DNA of 64,000 nt. Source: a virus. Its lineage: Duplodnaviria > Caudoviricetes. The translations under genes were made by a program, and so were the position numbers. The stretch's first letter is position 1, and each line of letters opens with the position of its first letter. The notes under the pieces were generated by a model. It did no database searches, was not told the origin of the DNA, and was given only the letters and a program-made list of their open reading frames with translations. The stretch is taken from the IMG/VR virus record IMGVR_UViG_3300013426_000025, positions 32,001 to 96,000 of that record. The stretch is one strand, 5' to 3'. This document shows positions 31,483 to 41,707 of this stretch, one piece after another.

Positions 31483-31877
31483 AGCATATCTTCCCAATCT
31501 ATAACAACACCTTTACCTATAACATCAGCAAAGTATCTAGTCATAGGAAGTCCATCATAGCCATCTGGGTCATCTATGTAGTCTTTAATAAATCTTACAA
31601 GATAATCTTCACTTGGTATTGAAGAGCCATAGTAATCTGCTTTAGCCATATTTGCTACAAATACAGCATCATAGCCTTTACACTTCTCTAATACAATACC
31701 ATATCTATCAAGCATTTGTTCTATACTTTCTTTAGTAATTGCTTCTACTTTAGCACCATCACTAATAGTCATGTGTTTCACAGCAAAGTCACAAAGTTTC
31801 TTATTAAAGTGCCAACCATAAAAGTTTAAATAATCTTTCATTCCTGAAGGCATTTTTTCATTACTATCCAGTCTCAT
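31479..31877 (-). CDS. Hypothetical protein (cassette gene 5)
   Basis: Start MRLDSNEK at 31877; YGWHFNKKLCDFAV...DDPDGYDG. Confidence 0.65.
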   Translation of the reverse strand: MRLDSNEKMPSGMKDYLNFYGWHFNKKLCDFAVKHMTISDGAKVEAITKESIEQMLDRYGIVLEKCKGYDAVFVANMAKADYYGSSIPSEDYLVRFIKDYIDDPDGYDGLPMTRYFADVIGKGVVIDWEDML

Positions 31878-31890
31878 ATTATAATAAAAT

Positions 31891-31923
31891 AAAAGGGGAA
31901 TAAAGTACAATACTTTACTCCCC
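31891..31923 (-). terminator. Terminator-like hairpin inside the cassette
   Basis: GGGGA(A)TAAAGTA / TACTTTA(C)TCCCC with T-run on minus strand. Confidence 0.6.
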
Positions 31924-31932
31924 AAGTTAAAC

Positions 31933-32157
31933 TTATCTACCCATTCTTCTTTCACCATAATCAGAAACTGACATTCTACCTTCTTTGTAGCCCTTTTCAT
32001 AACCACAAGCATAAGCATCTTCAATTTCATCTTTATAGTCTTCAGAGTATTTCATACCCATTCTATAATCCTCATTATAGTCTCTTCTACTGTTCCTATA
32101 GTCTCTGTCTCTATAGTCTCTGGGGCTTCTACCTTTTTCAATTATTTCCCACATCAT
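31933..32157 (-). CDS. Small R/D/Y-rich low-complexity protein (cassette gene 4)
   Basis: RDYRDRDYRNSRRDY; AYACGYEKGYKEG. Confidence 0.6.
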   Translation of the reverse strand: MMWEIIEKGRSPRDYRDRDYRNSRRDYNEDYRMGMKYSEDYKDEIEDAYACGYEKGYKEGRMSVSDYGERRMGR

Positions 32158-32681
32158 ACTTTATTTTGTTTTAGTTGTTCAATCAACAGCCTGTTAGCCT
32201 CTACTAATTCTGACACATTACTTGATAAAGAGTTTACTTGTGTCTTTAATGCGGCAATTTCATCTCTTTGAGATTGCTTCTCAGCAATTTCAGGGTTGAC
32301 TTGACATATTATCTTTTCATAATCACTCAGTAGTTTTTTATGAAAATTAACACTATTAATTATGTCCTCACTTTTCTTTTTAAGATTAAGTAATTCTGAG
32401 TTCATAGCATCTTTACTGTCAGATATAGTGATTGAATCACCTCCTACAAATGAATCTGCTATATCAAGATTTGCAGGTAATCCATTATAATTAATAACAG
32501 TATCACTTACTTTAGCAGTAACATCTACTATCATCTCTTGTGGATTTGTAGCAAAAGGAGTTGTAACACCATATTTGTTTCTTGGTGCTGATACATTAGT
32601 AATGTAACCTATTTCAAATTTAGGTGTTTCTCCTTTGTGTAGTATATAAATAGGGCTACTAGGTCGTAATGATTGAAACAT
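32154..32681 (-). CDS. Hypothetical protein with C-terminal coiled coil (cassette gene 3)
   Basis: MFQSLRPSSPIYILHK beta domain plus coiled coil. Confidence 0.65.
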   Translation of the reverse strand: MFQSLRPSSPIYILHKGETPKFEIGYITNVSAPRNKYGVTTPFATNPQEMIVDVTAKVSDTVINYNGLPANLDIADSFVGGDSITISDSKDAMNSELLNLKKKSEDIINSVNFHKKLLSDYEKIICQVNPEIAEKQSQRDEIAALKTQVNSLSSNVSELVEANRLLIEQLKQNKV

Positions 32682-32693
32682 AATGAATATTAA

Positions 32694-33020
32694 TTAAGCA
32701 TTTAACAATTGTAATTTGTTAGTATCTCTGTCATAAAAAGCAATATAAATACCATCAGCAATAGTTGCCGTGGTTATTGCTGTACCATTTTTATCTAATA
32801 CTTCTGTAGTGTTACTTCCTTGAGTAAGGAAATATACAGGTACTGCTGTTGTAGGAGCAGTAGGAGTGCCACTTATCTTAACAAACAAACCACCATAAAA
32901 GTAATTGTTCACATAAGGATGTCTGTTAAAAGTATAAGTCAATCCAGTAGTAGTTAATGTTGCAGCAGTGCTTTCTATGCAAGGAAAACCGTTTCTATTT
33001 GAATATCTTAATGGAGTCAT
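32694..33020 (-). CDS. Small beta-rich protein (cassette gene 2)
   Basis: Thr-rich, beta-strand pattern. Confidence 0.6.
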   Translation of the reverse strand: MTPLRYSNRNGFPCIESTAATLTTTGLTYTFNRHPYVNNYFYGGLFVKISGTPTAPTTAVPVYFLTQGSNTTEVLDKNGTAITTATIADGIYIAFYDRDTNKLQLLNA

Positions 33021-33035
33021 AATTACCTCCTTTCT

Positions 33036-33869
33036 TTAAGACCAAATAGAGCCTGTGTTAATACCATACCCATACAGATTTGCTGTAGGTACAGCAGTTA
33101 ATTGTGGATATTGAACAGGTACAGTCTGAGGTTGAGCAGCCTTAATAGATGCAACATCAGCAACCAAAGGATTGATAACACTTGCTATATAAGATTGAAT
33201 CTGTGCAGTCTGATTAGCATTACTGATAGTAGATTCTAATGTAGAGTTTCTCTCAAGCAATGAATCAATCTTACTTTGCATTTCTCTTTCTCTAATAGCA
33301 CAGAACTCTTTGTTGAGTGCTGTAGTTTGAGCATCAATTTTAGCACCCAAAAGTGCTGTATTCTCACCTGCTGAAATTCTATTCTCATAACCTTGTGTGG
33401 TTATTAAGAGTTTATTATCACAGCAACACTGACTAAGTTGGCTTGCTAAAGCAGCATTACCACTCTGTATAGAGTTAACAACTGCTTGAGAACTCATACC
33501 AACTTGATTACCCACAGCCTGTATATTAGACTGTACTTGACCAATAGCATTTTGGATAGCATTAACACTGCAATTAAGTGTGCTTGCTAACTGAGAAATA
33601 GCAGTACCATTACCATTGATAGCCTGCATAAGCAAACCTCTACCATAATCATTATTGATTTCATTAGCAAGACCACTACCATTACCTCTACCAAACATGC
33701 CATTACCTCCCCAACCATAAAGGAAGAATAAGAAGATTACCCACAGCCAGTTACCATTACCACCAAAACCACCATTACCATTGTTCATCATTGCAAACAA
33801 CATATTAGGGTCTAACTGATTGTTACCTCTGGGGGAATCAAAGACATAAGTTTTACTTTCCTCTGCCAT
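33036..33869 (-). CDS. Gly-rich membrane-segment / coiled-coil / CCC protein (cassette gene 1)
   Basis: Start MAEESK at 33869; GGFGGNGNWLWVIFLFFLYGWGG, heptad region, SQCCCDN. Confidence 0.7.
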   Translation of the reverse strand: MAEESKTYVFDSPRGNNQLDPNMLFAMMNNGNGGFGGNGNWLWVIFLFFLYGWGGNGMFGRGNGSGLANEINNDYGRGLLMQAINGNGTAISQLASTLNCSVNAIQNAIGQVQSNIQAVGNQVGMSSQAVVNSIQSGNAALASQLSQCCCDNKLLITTQGYENRISAGENTALLGAKIDAQTTALNKEFCAIREREMQSKIDSLLERNSTLESTISNANQTAQIQSYIASVINPLVADVASIKAAQPQTVPVQYPQLTAVPTANLYGYGINTGSIWS

Positions 33870-33923
33870 AATTTTAAATTTTAAATAATTAAACATAAAC
33901 AAGTTTAGGCCTTAAACTTGGTG

Positions 33924-33954
33924 CAAAGGTAAGTATAATATCTGATTTATAACT
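33924..33954 (-). promoter_or_regulatory. Promoter for the six-gene cassette (lacks the -33 TTG)
   Basis: TCA-N11-TACCTTTG present. Confidence 0.6.
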
Positions 33955-33970
33955 AACATTACTAATATAC

Positions 33971-34017
33971 AAAAACAAAAATACCTAACTACTTAAGAAT
34001 TAAGCAATTAGGTATTT
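33971..34017 (-). terminator. Intrinsic terminator after the LRR gene
   Basis: AAATACCTAA / TTAGGTATTT stem with T-run on minus strand. Confidence 0.65.
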
Positions 34018-34044
34018 GTATATTTAGTAATGTGTTACAAAAAA

Positions 34045-35181
34045 TTAAGACGCTTCCTCAATAATATCAGTATAACAACAAAAACCTGGTGCAGCATCAT
34101 ATACTGCTTTGCAGCCTTTTGGTACTATAATTTTAGTAACACCATTAAAATAAGAACTTATGGGCGGGGTTGCTGATAAAAAGTTAAGGGTAGCGTTGTC
34201 CCCAAATTCTTGTGTTCCTATATAAGTGACACTTTTTGGAATTGTAATGTTTACATTAGAGACTGAAGGCATACTAATTGCATTACCATACAACTCCAAA
34301 GCATTATGCGAAAGCTGTATGCTTGTCACACTATTATTTGTATTACTAAAACTATATAAACTAAATAAGCTATAATATTTTGCATTTGTGATTACTGGCA
34401 ATGAAGTTACACCATCACCAACAGTTCCTGTAACTGTTACAAAACAATCTCCCAACTCAAAAACGTTTAGCCCCTGTTCTTCCTTAGTAATTACTCCAGG
34501 TAAAACTGTACCAAGGTTGAGAGCACAACATTTAATATTTTTACAATCACTAACATCAAACCTCCCATATTCAGTCGTAGCGATACAAGAGTTTTCATCT
34601 ATACATCTCACAGTACTTGGTAAAGTAATAAGTTTGGTTCTCGTACAATTTATTGTTGGATTTATTACGTCCTGGCAGATAAATCTAGTACCTTCTTTTA
34701 CACTAAATGTATCATCTAAAGTGTCGCCAATGAATCCCATTAAAATGTCTTTATAATACATAAATCCATTTTCTTTTTTATTTATTCTTTGAAGAAAGGA
34801 TTTCATAACACCATTAAATGACATCGTTAAATCAAAACCAATAAATTCTTTCAAATTGCTTGTATTTAAATTAAGATAATTAATTTGATTATTACTGTTA
34901 AAATAACAACATTGAATCGAATCAGGAAATGAAATCTGAGATATTTTGCCATCAACATTAAAGAATATCATATCATAAAACGATACTATCGTAGAACTAC
35001 ACACAATCTCAAAGCATTTTAATTCCTGATTGTAAGAATGATTTATTATATTGGCTCCTAAATATTTGCTTGGGTTTGTTTCGTACTCATCAAAAGGCAT
35101 GATTTCATTATCGATTGTCCTATAATAAATTTTATTTAGGGGGGGAGTTGGTAACGGTGTATTAAATAATACTTTAACCAT
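34045..35181 (-). CDS. BspA-like leucine-rich-repeat protein (degenerate), possible receptor-binding module
   Basis: ISFPDSI, ITLPSTVRCI, ITIPKSVTYIG, ATPP...IIVPKGCKAVY cap. Confidence 0.65.
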   Translation of the reverse strand: MVKVLFNTPLPTPPLNKIYYRTIDNEIMPFDEYETNPSKYLGANIINHSYNQELKCFEIVCSSTIVSFYDMIFFNVDGKISQISFPDSIQCCYFNSNNQINYLNLNTSNLKEFIGFDLTMSFNGVMKSFLQRINKKENGFMYYKDILMGFIGDTLDDTFSVKEGTRFICQDVINPTINCTRTKLITLPSTVRCIDENSCIATTEYGRFDVSDCKNIKCCALNLGTVLPGVITKEEQGLNVFELGDCFVTVTGTVGDGVTSLPVITNAKYYSLFSLYSFSNTNNSVTSIQLSHNALELYGNAISMPSVSNVNITIPKSVTYIGTQEFGDNATLNFLSATPPISSYFNGVTKIIVPKGCKAVYDAAPGFCCYTDIIEEAS

Positions 35182-35188
35182 TTGTATA

Positions 35189-35509
35189 TTAAATATTAAT
35201 TTTATTCTTTTCTATTTTATGTGAAAGAAAACTATCTAAATCTTTCTTCAACCAAGACAATTCTTTAAATCCTTGTTGCTTAATTCCTTTAGGTAGTTTT
35301 CCTTCTTTAACTAAATTATCAAATGTTGCTCTGCTAATGTGTAGATAACCACAAGCCTGATATTTACTTAAATGTGTATCTTTATCAGTATACTTTTTCA
35401 ATATACTAAGTACATCAGTCATCTCATCATCTGATAGATTTGAATTTCCAGTATCTATATTGTCAATTATTTTTACTAATTCGTTTCTTATTATTTGTAG
35501 TAACGACAT
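35189..35509 (-). CDS. AlpA/excisionase-like HTH protein
   Basis: LSKYQACGYLHISRATFDNLVKEGKLPKG...W. Confidence 0.7.
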   Translation of the reverse strand: MSLLQIIRNELVKIIDNIDTGNSNLSDDEMTDVLSILKKYTDKDTHLSKYQACGYLHISRATFDNLVKEGKLPKGIKQQGFKELSWLKKDLDSFLSHKIEKNKINI

Positions 35510-35882
35510 GTTTCTTCTTATTGTTTAAATATAATATTGTTGTTATTATGCAAAATACAGCAGTAATAACCATAAACCAAGAGAAATACATACAAATTGA
35601 CATATTAAAATCATAAGCGTAGACTAACCAATTCACAAAATTATTCAACATTACATAATATACAGGCATCCTATGATATACACAATACCTGAATATATAA
35701 GATAATAGTAAAATAAAAATTGCTGGTACAAATCCTATTCCTGCAAAGACACTTAACCACATTGTATCTATACCATGTATTTCAAGTATTGTGGTTAGAA
35801 AATAACTAACTGACAATATGAATGGTATGTATTTCAATAGGATTAAGAATATCTTATACTCACTTTTTAAGACGTCCACCAC
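35463..35882 (-). CDS. Four-TM membrane protein (start uncertain, probable GTG at 35882)
   Basis: Four hydrophobic segments, FRYCVYHRMP loop. Confidence 0.55.
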   Translation of the reverse strand: MVDVLKSEYKIFLILLKYIPFILSVSYFLTTILEIHGIDTMWLSVFAGIGFVPAIFILLLSYIFRYCVYHRMPVYYVMLNNFVNWLVYAYDFNMSICMYFSWFMVITAVFCIITTILYLNNKKKHVVTTNNKKRISKNN

Positions 35883-36045
35883 ATTTGTATCTTTGTGTAG
35901 GTGATTGAATGACTCCTGCTGGAGGTACATTAGGACCTGGTAATCTTTTGGCAAACTTATTAACTGCTTCCTTGTACTTTTTTGCAGCATTGCTGTTCTT
36001 TACTTTATTTACTGCTTTCTTTACAACAGTCTTAACCTTTCCCAT
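35860..36045 (-). CDS. Small basic protein ending RYKCGGRLKK
   Basis: Lys-rich; AT-rich translation start context after DUF5675-like gene. Confidence 0.55.
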   Translation of the reverse strand: MGKVKTVVKKAVNKVKNSNAAKKYKEAVNKFAKRLPGPNVPPAGVIQSPTQRYKCGGRLKK

Positions 36046-36052
36046 AATCTTA

Positions 36053-36475
36053 TTATTTAATAGTTATACTGCAATCATTTCCTTTTAACTTACTCATTAG
36101 AGAGTCTATGTGTACTCTTGAGTATGTTATATAGTTATCTTTTAACTTCATACCTACAAGAATACACCCTTCAGTGTTTTCTACTGTATTGCCTGCATGT
36201 ATTCTTACTCCTGTAAATCCCTTTACTCCTATAAGTAAAGGTAACACTTTCTTAAACCTTGCAGAATAGTTAAGTATCACTTTATACTTACCTGAAGGAA
36301 TACTTATCTTATGTAATTTCTTTTCTTCTTCAATTATATTGACAGCATCGTTTTGAGTAAGCCCACTATCAAAAGGCTCTAAAGTATCACAGAAGTAAAC
36401 CCCATTGAGGTAGAGTTTACCTTCTGTGTACTTATCTGTTTTAGCCAATCTCTTCAATGTTAAATTAATCTTCAT
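36053..36475 (-). CDS. DUF5675-like protein, candidate cell-wall enzyme/endolysin
   Basis: TEGKLYLNG.YFCDTLE, IPSGKY, GVRIHAGNTVENTEGCILVG (His...Cys); start MKINL at 36475. Confidence 0.7.
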   Translation of the reverse strand: MKINLTLKRLAKTDKYTEGKLYLNGVYFCDTLEPFDSGLTQNDAVNIIEEEKKLHKISIPSGKYKVILNYSARFKKVLPLLIGVKGFTGVRIHAGNTVENTEGCILVGMKLKDNYITYSRVHIDSLMSKLKGNDCSITIK

Positions 36476-36500
36476 ATCTTTTAATTCATTTAATGATATA

Positions 36501-36531
36501 CAAAGGTATGAAAAATAATTGATACATACAA
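36501..36531 (-). promoter_or_regulatory. Bacteroidota-type promoter
   Basis: TTG-N6-TCA-N11-TACCTTTG. Confidence 0.75.
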
Positions 36532-36572
36532 GAGGTTTGTATAAATTTAACAACAATTAACACACATGTTGA

Positions 36573-37958
36573 TTAATACATAGTATGGTGTATATTACTT
36601 CCTTCATAAAAAAACCAAGTATTTCCATCATCACCATCCGCCTCTTGATTTTTTGTTCCTTCTATTGTAGTTACAGTGTTTAATTCAGTAGGAGATTCAG
36701 TACTGTCTACATCAATAATGTAGACATTAATATCATTACTTTGTGTTACTATCGTATACAACTCTTGAGATTGATATTCTGACAATCTTACAGTAACTGC
36801 ATAAGGCAATTCTGGAAAGAGACTCATAAAAAAGTTGCCAGCTTCACCTGATATAATTTCAGATTCTATTCCTTGACCTTGTAATTCATTCGTAGTAGGA
36901 CTGAACCAATACACTTTACCTTCCTCTGCGCTTGTAATTACAATACGTACTCTGCTTAAAAGACTATTAGGATCTAAATTAGGCTGTAAATCTGATAATA
37001 TTGCTATTCCTGCTTTTTTGTTGTCATTGTCAATATAAATGCCTACTGTTGCATTAGAACTAACCTGAAGATAAGATGGTGTGTAATATGCAAAGTAGCC
37101 ATCAGATAATTCTGCCCTTTCACCAGTTTGTGTACTATATAAAATTGGAGCTGTCTGCTCTTTAAATAAATCTTTTAGAGTATTATTAGAATCAAATTGT
37201 ATATTTAAATCAAAAGGCATTGGACATTCGTTACCACCTTGATTTACAAGACAAAAAGCATCATTTATCGCTATTATTTTTTGAAAGGCTTCATCAAATC
37301 CATCAGTATTTTCAACAAATATTGGCATAACACTATCATCCCCTTCATTAAGATAGTACTTTGTGTTACTATAATATGGGCTTATACATGTACTAATAGT
37401 ACTAAAACTCTCACCATCTGGTATTAAGAGGGGGCATTTTGAGAAAACATAATCACCATTAACTATAATGTCAGTAAAAGCATCTTGAGTAAATATGATG
37501 CTAATAACACTCTCTAAGTCGTTATACGAAATGTTTACACCTGCTGGAATATAAAACTCTGGATTATTATATAAATATACTGCGTTCAAGATCGGAAGAG
37601 CGACTGATGTGATTTTAATTTTACCGTTCTGGAAAAAATCGTCTCCTAATGAGGAACCCTCCAGGCCAACATCTACAGTATTTGGTATAGTAAATAAATC
37701 AGTAAAACCATCTGGAGCAATAGTAGTGGTATTTTTAATTATATTTCCTTTATTATCTCTTAATCCGAATTGGAGTTTTTTACAAGGCATCCCATCAAAT
37801 GTTGCAGCTTGAGGGGTAGTACTTACAAAAAAGTAATTATTAGCGATATTTGTATCTTTTATTAAATTACTTTCATAAAAATTATTTATTATATACAACT
37901 CACCGTAATTATTACTTGCACTTCCACCTGCAATTTTCAATAAAAATCTTCTATTCAT
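36573..37958 (-). CDS. Variable acidic beta-rich protein, putative fibre tip / receptor-binding protein
   Basis: MNRRFLL N-terminus, follows the fibre gene. Confidence 0.45.
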   Translation of the reverse strand: MNRRFLLKIAGGSASNNYGELYIINNFYESNLIKDTNIANNYFFVSTTPQAATFDGMPCKKLQFGLRDNKGNIIKNTTTIAPDGFTDLFTIPNTVDVGLEGSSLGDDFFQNGKIKITSVALPILNAVYLYNNPEFYIPAGVNISYNDLESVISIIFTQDAFTDIIVNGDYVFSKCPLLIPDGESFSTISTCISPYYSNTKYYLNEGDDSVMPIFVENTDGFDEAFQKIIAINDAFCLVNQGGNECPMPFDLNIQFDSNNTLKDLFKEQTAPILYSTQTGERAELSDGYFAYYTPSYLQVSSNATVGIYIDNDNKKAGIAILSDLQPNLDPNSLLSRVRIVITSAEEGKVYWFSPTTNELQGQGIESEIISGEAGNFFMSLFPELPYAVTVRLSEYQSQELYTIVTQSNDINVYIIDVDSTESPTELNTVTTIEGTKNQEADGDDGNTWFFYEGSNIHHTMY

Positions 37959-37994
37959 ATTTATAAAAACTTACCTATTTGTATTTAAAAAAGT

Positions 37995-40160
37995 TTACGC
38001 TGTGTAAAATTCAGCACATACACCACAACCATTCAATATAGAAATCTCATAAGTTCTACCAGAAGTAAAAGTAGGAACCTCACCATCAAGCCATTTAATT
38101 GTACCAAAACCATCATATTCAACTGTACAAGATGTTCCTGCTGTAAACTGAAATTTATATTCATTCGCAATACCAGGAATGTCTGTACCCTTAGTAATTG
38201 TAAGTGTTTCTACCGTATCAGATACAATACACAATTTATTAGAAGTAAGTGTAACAGCAGTAGATGATGTAGCTGTTTCTATTGTGCCTGTAATCTCATT
38301 TATACCATAAGAAGGTTTAGTAGAAGCCTTAGCCCAAGCACTAACTGCTGTAGATGCTAGAGCACCTACATTTGCTGCTGTAATATTTATAGTCTTTGCA
38401 GCACTACCATCATAAGTAAACTTATTTGTTCCTTCTGTTGTGCCTCCATTAAGAGTCAAAATGATACTTGAAGGGTTCTTGAGTGATGCAGGAAAATCAG
38501 TAATCTGACTCTTTGTATGTGTGTGTGTGTCAGGAGTGTACGTACTAGGTTTATTACTAATATTATTCCAAGTGAGAGAATTACTATCTACAAGAACTGT
38601 AGTACCATTACTGATAGCATCAAGAGTAACATCAGCAGTAGTACTTGCACCTTTTACTTTAAGAGTGTAAGAGTCACTTTTTGCGTATTCACCATCTATA
38701 AAGTCATATACTGCTTTTACAGAAGGATATTTTGTAGCACTTGTTTTATCTGTAGTAACAGAAGTAGACAAGTTTGAAGTGGCTTGTTTACCATCAAGTG
38801 TTGTTTGTAGATTTGTTATATTAGATATAGCATGTGTATGAGAACTTGCTGCTGCACCAATACCTACTGCTGTAATATTTAATTGTTTCTCTACACTGCC
38901 ATCATAAGTTACCAAATTAGTCCCTTCAGTAGTACCACCGCTAAGACTAATTTTAATGGTATGAGGATTCTTTAATGAACTTGGTACAGTAGGTATAGTA
39001 GGAAAGTCTGTGATTTGACTTATAGTATGACTATGTGTACTAGGAGTAAAAGTAGTGGGTTTATTCCCAATGTTTGCCCATGTTAAGCCACTCTTTAAAA
39101 CAAGAGCTGATGACCCATCACTAACAGCATCTTGCCATTCCAAGTCACCAAAAGTAAGTTGATTTACACCACCACTGCTAAGAACACCAATAACATCAGT
39201 ATCATCCATTTTAGTACCTATTGTACTAGCCATTTGATTAACCTCTTGTGTAGATGCGGCTCCTATACTATCGGGGGTTATATTAAGTATCACTTCACTA
39301 CTACCATCATATACAAACCTATTAGTGCCAACAGTATCACCGTTATTAAATCTAACAGTTAAAGTAGTAGGATTCTTAAGTGTTGTAGGAATAGTCAAAT
39401 CAGTAATCTGACTCTTTGTGTGAGTATGAGTAGCAGGAGAAAATGTTGAAGGTTTACCTGTTATATTACCCCAAGTAAGAGCATCACTGCCTACAAGTAT
39501 AGTAGTACCAGCATTAATATCATCAAGTGATACACTACTATTACCACTTGCTCCTTTTACTGTAAGAGTATATGTATCTGATTTTGCATATCCTGTATCT
39601 ACAAAATCGTATACTGCTTTTACAGTAGGTACTGATTGTGTATTTGTATTATTGTCGGGTACACTTGATTTTACTAAACTTTGATAAAAGTTCTTCAAAC
39701 AATGCCCACTAACAAGTATACGGGTACTATTGCCAAAACTTCCCTCAAAATCATCAAAACCAAAATCAGCTTTTGTTAGTTCATCAAGACCTATATCTGT
39801 AACAAAATCATACTTTCCATCAGTATCATTAAGTACAGCAGAAAGACTTTTTGTGAATCTTTTTGCACCAGTGCCCTCACCATACAAAAGATTAATGTTA
39901 GCAGTATCTTTTACTAATCCTGTAGTGTCTACTGTAGTAGTCTCCTCTTTCCAACTAAGGTCTGCTTGACATCTGTATGTTTTCTTTGTAGCAACAACAT
40001 AACAGAGCATCCCTTCTTTTCTCTTTGTTGTTGCAAATTTACTGGCATCTTTATCTGCTTCTGTAGCAAATACTACGTAACCACCTTTACCATTTGTATC
40101 AAGATGAGAGGGGTATTTGCTATTTGCGTTTTCAATATAATCTGCTAAAAGCGTTGCCAT
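37995..40160 (-). CDS. Fibre protein with internal repeats and HxH motifs
   Basis: Three LTWxNIxxKPxT[FY]xPxTHxHTxSQITD...LKNP...GTN.[FL].YDGS repeats. Confidence 0.7.
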   Translation of the reverse strand: MATLLADYIENANSKYPSHLDTNGKGGYVVFATEADKDASKFATTKRKEGMLCYVVATKKTYRCQADLSWKEETTTVDTTGLVKDTANINLLYGEGTGAKRFTKSLSAVLNDTDGKYDFVTDIGLDELTKADFGFDDFEGSFGNSTRILVSGHCLKNFYQSLVKSSVPDNNTNTQSVPTVKAVYDFVDTGYAKSDTYTLTVKGASGNSSVSLDDINAGTTILVGSDALTWGNITGKPSTFSPATHTHTKSQITDLTIPTTLKNPTTLTVRFNNGDTVGTNRFVYDGSSEVILNITPDSIGAASTQEVNQMASTIGTKMDDTDVIGVLSSGGVNQLTFGDLEWQDAVSDGSSALVLKSGLTWANIGNKPTTFTPSTHSHTISQITDFPTIPTVPSSLKNPHTIKISLSGGTTEGTNLVTYDGSVEKQLNITAVGIGAAASSHTHAISNITNLQTTLDGKQATSNLSTSVTTDKTSATKYPSVKAVYDFIDGEYAKSDSYTLKVKGASTTADVTLDAISNGTTVLVDSNSLTWNNISNKPSTYTPDTHTHTKSQITDFPASLKNPSSIILTLNGGTTEGTNKFTYDGSAAKTINITAANVGALASTAVSAWAKASTKPSYGINEITGTIETATSSTAVTLTSNKLCIVSDTVETLTITKGTDIPGIANEYKFQFTAGTSCTVEYDGFGTIKWLDGEVPTFTSGRTYEISILNGCGVCAEFYTA

Positions 40161-40163
40161 ATA

Positions 40164-41273
40164 TTAACTAAAATTAAAGGTTATTTTACTCTCATAAGGT
40201 TGTTTACTTACCAATACTTTATAAGTAACTGTACTACCAGATGAATTAACTACATCAACTGTTCCTTTATTATCCCAAGTTACAGAGTTTACACCAAACT
40301 TAATAGTAGGAGTAGCATAAGTATTGGGAACTACAAGATAAGTATAATGGTTTGTACAAGCAAAATCTTTATTTCCTATTGCAGCAGAACCAGCAAATCC
40401 CTTACTCATTGCCATAACTTCAGCAGCAGTGAGTAATTTACTTGTAGGTTGAATACCCCAATAAACTTTATTTGTAAAAGTGATTGACACACTATTAGAT
40501 TTTGAATCAGAACCTGAAGCAGGAACTACCGCGCCACCACTTACAAGCAACCCAGATTTAGGTTTATAGAATGTTACAGTTTTTGTAGTATTACTTGTAA
40601 CATTTGTCATAATAGTTTTCTCAGCAGAAGTGCCACCAACAGCAGGAAGGATTGTACCAAAATCACCACTACAACTTGTAGGAGATGCTTGAGAAGAGTT
40701 AGGAGTAGGATTAGTGAATTTAGCCTTACAACTTGTAACAGTAATGCCAGGCTCAACTTGTACACTAGCACCCCAACCTGTAGTTGTTACTGCTGTACCA
40801 CTTGCGTTAGTAGCAGCCCAAGTAACTCCTGTAATACCTGGAGTAACCAAAGTCTTTTGCACAGCAGAATAATTACTACCATCTGCTTTCATAAAATTAC
40901 TTGTATCTACATCAGCAAGACCTATCTTCTCCCATTTCTTTTCATTGTTTACTGTAACTATTACATACTCTTCGTGTGTATTATTACCAGAAGCACCAGC
41001 AATAGTCTTGAAATAGATAGTACTTTCATCTGCTGCACTTACTGCTGGCAGTTCACTCACTATACTAAACGAAAGACTCTTTTTACTTTCAAGAGTATCA
41101 AGTCTTGCCTTAACGTCTTCTATTTCAGTTTCTGATGTAGCACTTGGACCATCTTGCCATCTTCCACCTTCAAAAACTTTTAGTGTTTTCGCCTCAGGAT
41201 TGTACCAAAAAATACCATCTCTATAAACAGTAGGTGCTGTAACAGAGAATAAAATTTCAGCAACTGTTATCAT
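40164..41273 (-). CDS. Structural Ig-like / fibre protein
   Basis: IVSELP...IYF...EEYV...WEKIG module plus Thr/Ser-rich beta domains. Confidence 0.55.
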   Translation of the reverse strand: MITVAEILFSVTAPTVYRDGIFWYNPEAKTLKVFEGGRWQDGPSATSETEIEDVKARLDTLESKKSLSFSIVSELPAVSAADESTIYFKTIAGASGNNTHEEYVIVTVNNEKKWEKIGLADVDTSNFMKADGSNYSAVQKTLVTPGITGVTWAATNASGTAVTTTGWGASVQVEPGITVTSCKAKFTNPTPNSSQASPTSCSGDFGTILPAVGGTSAEKTIMTNVTSNTTKTVTFYKPKSGLLVSGGAVVPASGSDSKSNSVSITFTNKVYWGIQPTSKLLTAAEVMAMSKGFAGSAAIGNKDFACTNHYTYLVVPNTYATPTIKFGVNSVTWDNKGTVDVVNSSGSTVTYKVLVSKQPYESKITFNFS

Positions 41274-41308
41274 ATTACTTATTTATATTTTTAATTTTAT
41301 TAACTTCT

Positions 41309-41677
41309 TTATTTTTTTACAGAGACTTCTTTTGCTTTATTTTTGTCTTTATCATCATAAGGTATTCTTTCCATACACTTAAAATTTAAGCACACCTGAC
41401 CATATACAGCAAGCATTTGATTTTTCATAGATGTGATTTCTTGCTGTTGGTCAGACAATTGTTTTTCTAAAAACGCTATCTTGGCTAGTTCTTCATCTAT
41501 TCTTTTTTTGTTGTCATCTAAAATACTTTTGTAAAATTCAAACGATTCTTTCATGTTTTTAATGTTTGAATTTTCAACTTCACTGTTATATTTCCTCTTG
41601 CTAAGGAACCAAGATACCAAAGCAGAAATACCAGCAGCAGCAGTACTAATCAGAGTTGTAATTATAACTGTTTCCAT
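41309..41677 (-). CDS. N-terminal TM plus coiled-coil protein (holin-like)
   Basis: One TM then heptads, CLNFKC; next to a spanin-like gene. Confidence 0.5.
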   Translation of the reverse strand: METVIITTLISTAAAGISALVSWFLSKRKYNSEVENSNIKNMKESFEFYKSILDDNKKRIDEELAKIAFLEKQLSDQQQEITSMKNQMLAVYGQVCLNFKCMERIPYDDKDKNKAKEVSVKK

Positions 41678-41707
41678 ACATAAATAAACACTCTCCCATA
41701 CTTAGCA

